Shown here piece after piece: positions 52,689-55,814 of a stretch of 55,814 nt of DNA. Positions within the stretch are counted from its first letter, which is position 1; every line of letters starts with the position of its first letter. Under the pieces are notes generated by a model that worked only from the letters and a program-made list of their open reading frames with translations, was not told where the DNA came from and did not search any database. The stretch comes from Octopus bimaculoides (Eukaryota). The position numbers and the translations under genes are program-made. The stretch covers positions 29,815,549-29,871,362 of the forward strand of contig NC_069001.1 in the NCBI RefSeq assembly GCF_001194135.2, read 5' to 3'.

Positions 52689-53078
52689 AAAGTGTGCGTA
52701 ATAATTGACGCGGCAGTGGCAGAAGATCATGGTATCATCATGAAAGGAAGAGAAAAGGTTGATGCATATGGAGACCTGCGAATTGAGATCGCTGAAATGC
52801 GACAGCTTCGAGGGCCAAAAATAAAGGTTATCCTTCTTGTCATCGGAGCATTAGGTTCAGTACCACCCAATCTGAAGCGACGTCTGAAAATTTTAGAAAT
52901 ACTCTGCAATCTACATGTATATCATGCGTTGCAAAAGTTGGCATTACTTGGAACTGCTCGCATTTTGCGTAAAGTACTGTCTGAGGTCCTTATGGTGACT
53001 TGACAAACACTACAAAACCCCGGTAGATACCTTATCTTTAATCAACAACCTCACGATATTGTATACAGTGCGACGTCT
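52689..53078 (+). mobile_element. 5'-truncated R4/Dong-like non-LTR retrotransposon (restriction-like endonuclease C-terminus plus 3' UTR)
   Basis: An open frame reads KVCVIIDAAVAEDHGIIMKGREKVDAYGDLRIEI...KVILLVIGALGSVPPNL...LQKLALLGTARILRKVL, the characteristic R4-clade C-terminus. Both flanks are (TAA)n. Confidence 0.85.
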
Positions 53079-53107
53079 ATAATAATAATAATAATAATAA
53101 TAATAAT
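53079..53107. repeat. (TAA)n microsatellite
   Basis: About nine perfect units between the retrotransposon end and a SINE tail. Confidence 0.95.
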
Positions 53108-53312
53108 CCCTTCTACTATATTTGCAAGGCCTGAAATTTGGAGATATTTGTTAAGCCAAATACATCAACCCAAGTACTCAAGTGATACTTAATTCATCGC
53201 TCGCGATGTATGAAAGGCAAAGTCGACCTAAGTAGAATTTCAACTCAGAACGTGAAGGCGGGAAAAATGTCGCGAAGCAATTCACCCGGCATCCTAACGA
53301 TTCTGTCAGCTT
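53108..53312 (-). mobile_element. SINE family A
   Basis: Contains tgaaaggcaaagtcgacctaagtagaatttcaactcagaacgtgaagg and ctaacgattctgtcagcttg. Confidence 0.85.
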
Positions 53313-53454
53313 GAGTTTCTTTTAATGTTTTTTGAAGCCATGAAATGGCTACTCTCTTCGTGATTATTTTATCGTTTAAGAAAAAAAAATGGAATGAAGA
53401 TTTGACGTCTGCAGTTCATTAACCCTAAACGTGAAGAAGAAGAAAAAGAAAAAA

Positions 53455-53530
53455 AGAGAACAACAACAACAACAGCAACAACAACAACAACAACAACAAG
53501 ACGACGACGACGACGACGAATGACGATGAA
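53455..53530. repeat. (AAC)n(GAC)n microsatellite
   Basis: Seen directly. Confidence 0.9.
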
Positions 53531-54682
53531 TTTATCGAGACTACTCAAATCCTAAAATCTTGTTGCAGTTGACAGTCAACTGCACTCAACGGATTTATAA
53601 CTATAGCACACTGTCTTTTCACCGCCACTAACAAGATACATTAGTAAAACATTTTTCATCTATTTCATTATTAAATTATTCGGGACAGATAATTGAATTT
53701 GCATCGATATAATTCTTGTAGATAGGGGCAAGTTTAAATTGTTAAATATTATTTGCTTTTTTTATAAAATAGCGCTTGTCTGTTCCCTTTTCAATCGTTA
53801 TAAAACTATCATCGTGAGAATTATAGAATTTCAACACATCGATTCTAAGATTTCTACTAAACTTATGGAAAGGCGGGGAATGGAGATGTAAACACATTTT
53901 GCATCATCGGTGTTTTGTGTAGCATAAACAATACAAGAATAGTGTTTCGTATTATGTTTCTTGTAAAACAAAATACGGCAGTGGGAGAACGTAGATGGTA
54001 TATTAAAACTAACTCCGAAGAGAAGTTCCAAATTTATAAAGGTGTAATGATATTGATATTGAAGATACTTATCACCATGAAAATAAATTATCATTATCTA
54101 TCTAGGTATGTTAGCTTCGCGATAAATATTAATACCAACTAGTGCTGCCGTAGCCCTTCAGAAAGATTTAGAAATAATGATATTTCTACTTTTGAAAATC
54201 AGTTGATGTGTTCCACAGACTATACACACACACACACACACANNNNNNNNNNNNNNNNNNNNNNNNNNNNNNNNNNNNNNNNNNNNNNNNNNNNNNNNNN
54301 NNNNNNNNNNNNNNNNNNNNNNNNNNNNNNNNNNNNNNNNNNNNNNNNNNNNNNNNNNNNNNNNNNNNNNNNNNNNNNNNNNNNNNNNNNNNNNNNNNNN
54401 NNNNNNNNNNNNNNNNNNNNNNNNNNNNNNNNNNNNNNNNNNNNNNNNNNNNNNNNNNNNNNNNNNNNNNNNNNNNNNNNNNNNNNNNNNNNNNNNNNNN
54501 NNNNNNNNNNNNNNNNNNNNNNNNNNNNNNNNNNNNNNNNNNNNNNNNNNNNNNNNNNNNNNNNNNNNNGGTAGCATTCGTCCTATGTGTCTGGGCAGCC
54601 GTGTCAGTTTGGCGATAGATATTAATACCCAGTGTTGCTGCTGTAGTCTCCTTTAGAGATATTTAAAAATAAAAATAATATT

Positions 54683-54716
<34 letters not shown>

Positions 54717-55701
54717 GACATTGCGATTTTACATACATGGGCTGCTGTCTTTCATCCAAAGAATGTATTTTAAAAAAAACAGAGAGAGAGACAAAGTATT
54801 AGAAAAGACAGTATATATATATATATATGTCCGTGTGTGCCTCTGTATGTGTGTGTGTGTGTGCGTGCATATATGTACATTTGAAGTATGTGTTGTTATA
54901 TGTCCCTACCTGAATACGTTAAGGTGTTACATTTGTACGGACTCCCTCAGTCTTCAGTGAAGTAATTTGGTAAAAATATTCCAGAAAATAGGTAGATATC
55001 CATGGATATTCCTTTGGCAAATTAACACGAAACCGAAAGTTGGAATTATACACACATATGCTTAAATATTATTTCTGAAAAATATTATACAAACGTAGGA
55101 GAAGTTATATATTTTCTTTCTATATATAACCTTTAACATCCAAGGCTCCGATCTATATTAAACATGAATATATTTAGGAAAACTGAAATTATCTGACAAA
55201 CATATTTTCGAAAGTATTTAATCCTAATATATTAATCCATTATTTACCCCATACTGTTTGGTATGAGGACGTATAGAGGCAATATATTTCTGCAATTAGT
55301 TGATTGTTTCTTTTCTTCCATATACATTCCAACAGCTAAATTGGAGTTTATGTTTATAATGGAAAATAACCATCATATAAGATAGTTATACCCGGCAACC
55401 GGTGTTTTTTTTACATGTGAAACAATGATATGAATGTGTGTTCAAAAGTATTAAAAAATCGTTATGAAATAATTCTAAAAGGTCATGTAATTAGATTGCA
55501 TGAGATAATACGTATGTAATTAATGCTGATAATCTTCAAGGTTAACTAGACAGAAAATAGAACTGCAAAATAATAAAGAAGAAATAACAACGAAAGAATA
55601 ATACTAAAACCACAGTAAAAAATACTAGATTTACCTACAAAATGTCATCCATGGAGATTTAAAGATATGCTAACATTTCATTGAAGCACATATACACGTA
55701 C

Positions 55702-55805
55702 ATATCTACAAGTATACACTCATACACACATACATACATATCTACAAGTATTCACTCATACACACATACATACATATCTACAAGTATACACTCATACACA
55801 CATAT
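55702..55805. repeat. Minisatellite, ~3 x 36 bp
   Basis: atatctacaagtat(a/t)cactcatacacaca starts at 55702, 55738 and 55774. Confidence 0.9.
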
Positions 55806-55814
55806 GTACATACA

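Noticed and set aside
715-54618. All long ORFs in the track that span X runs or YIYI/HTHT/VCVC tracts
   Set aside because: They are open only because N-gaps and dinucleotide repeats contain no stop codons.

Overview
AT-rich, repeat-dense eukaryotic non-coding DNA from a draft assembly with 12 N-gaps, most flanked by (TA)n or other microsatellites. The SINE families resemble my recollection of the tRNA-derived SINEs of octopuses, so an octopod genome is inferred, not verified. I found no supportable host gene: the long ORFs in the track are artefacts of N-runs and microsatellites. The window holds (i) about 30 tRNA-derived SINE copies in four families, labelled A-D here; (ii) two decayed mariner transposase relics; (iii) a young 506-bp MITE with perfect 35-bp TIRs, an 8-bp TSD and internal TTAGGG repeats; (iv) a 5'-truncated R4/Dong-like retrotransposon end sitting in (TAA)n; (v) Penelope-like relics, one with a minimal hammerhead-ribozyme-like motif; (vi) an RTE-like LINE end; (vii) two Helentron/DINE-1-like short elements; and (viii) a 195-bp palindrome. 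The most unusual signal is one young family-A SINE variant, nearly identical at two loci 13.8 kb apart. At both loci it is joined at the same base to the same internal site of a different, older family-A copy, and its 3' tail is the reverse complement of that site. This suggests a self-targeting SINE. Boundaries of decayed elements are approximate and were read by eye.
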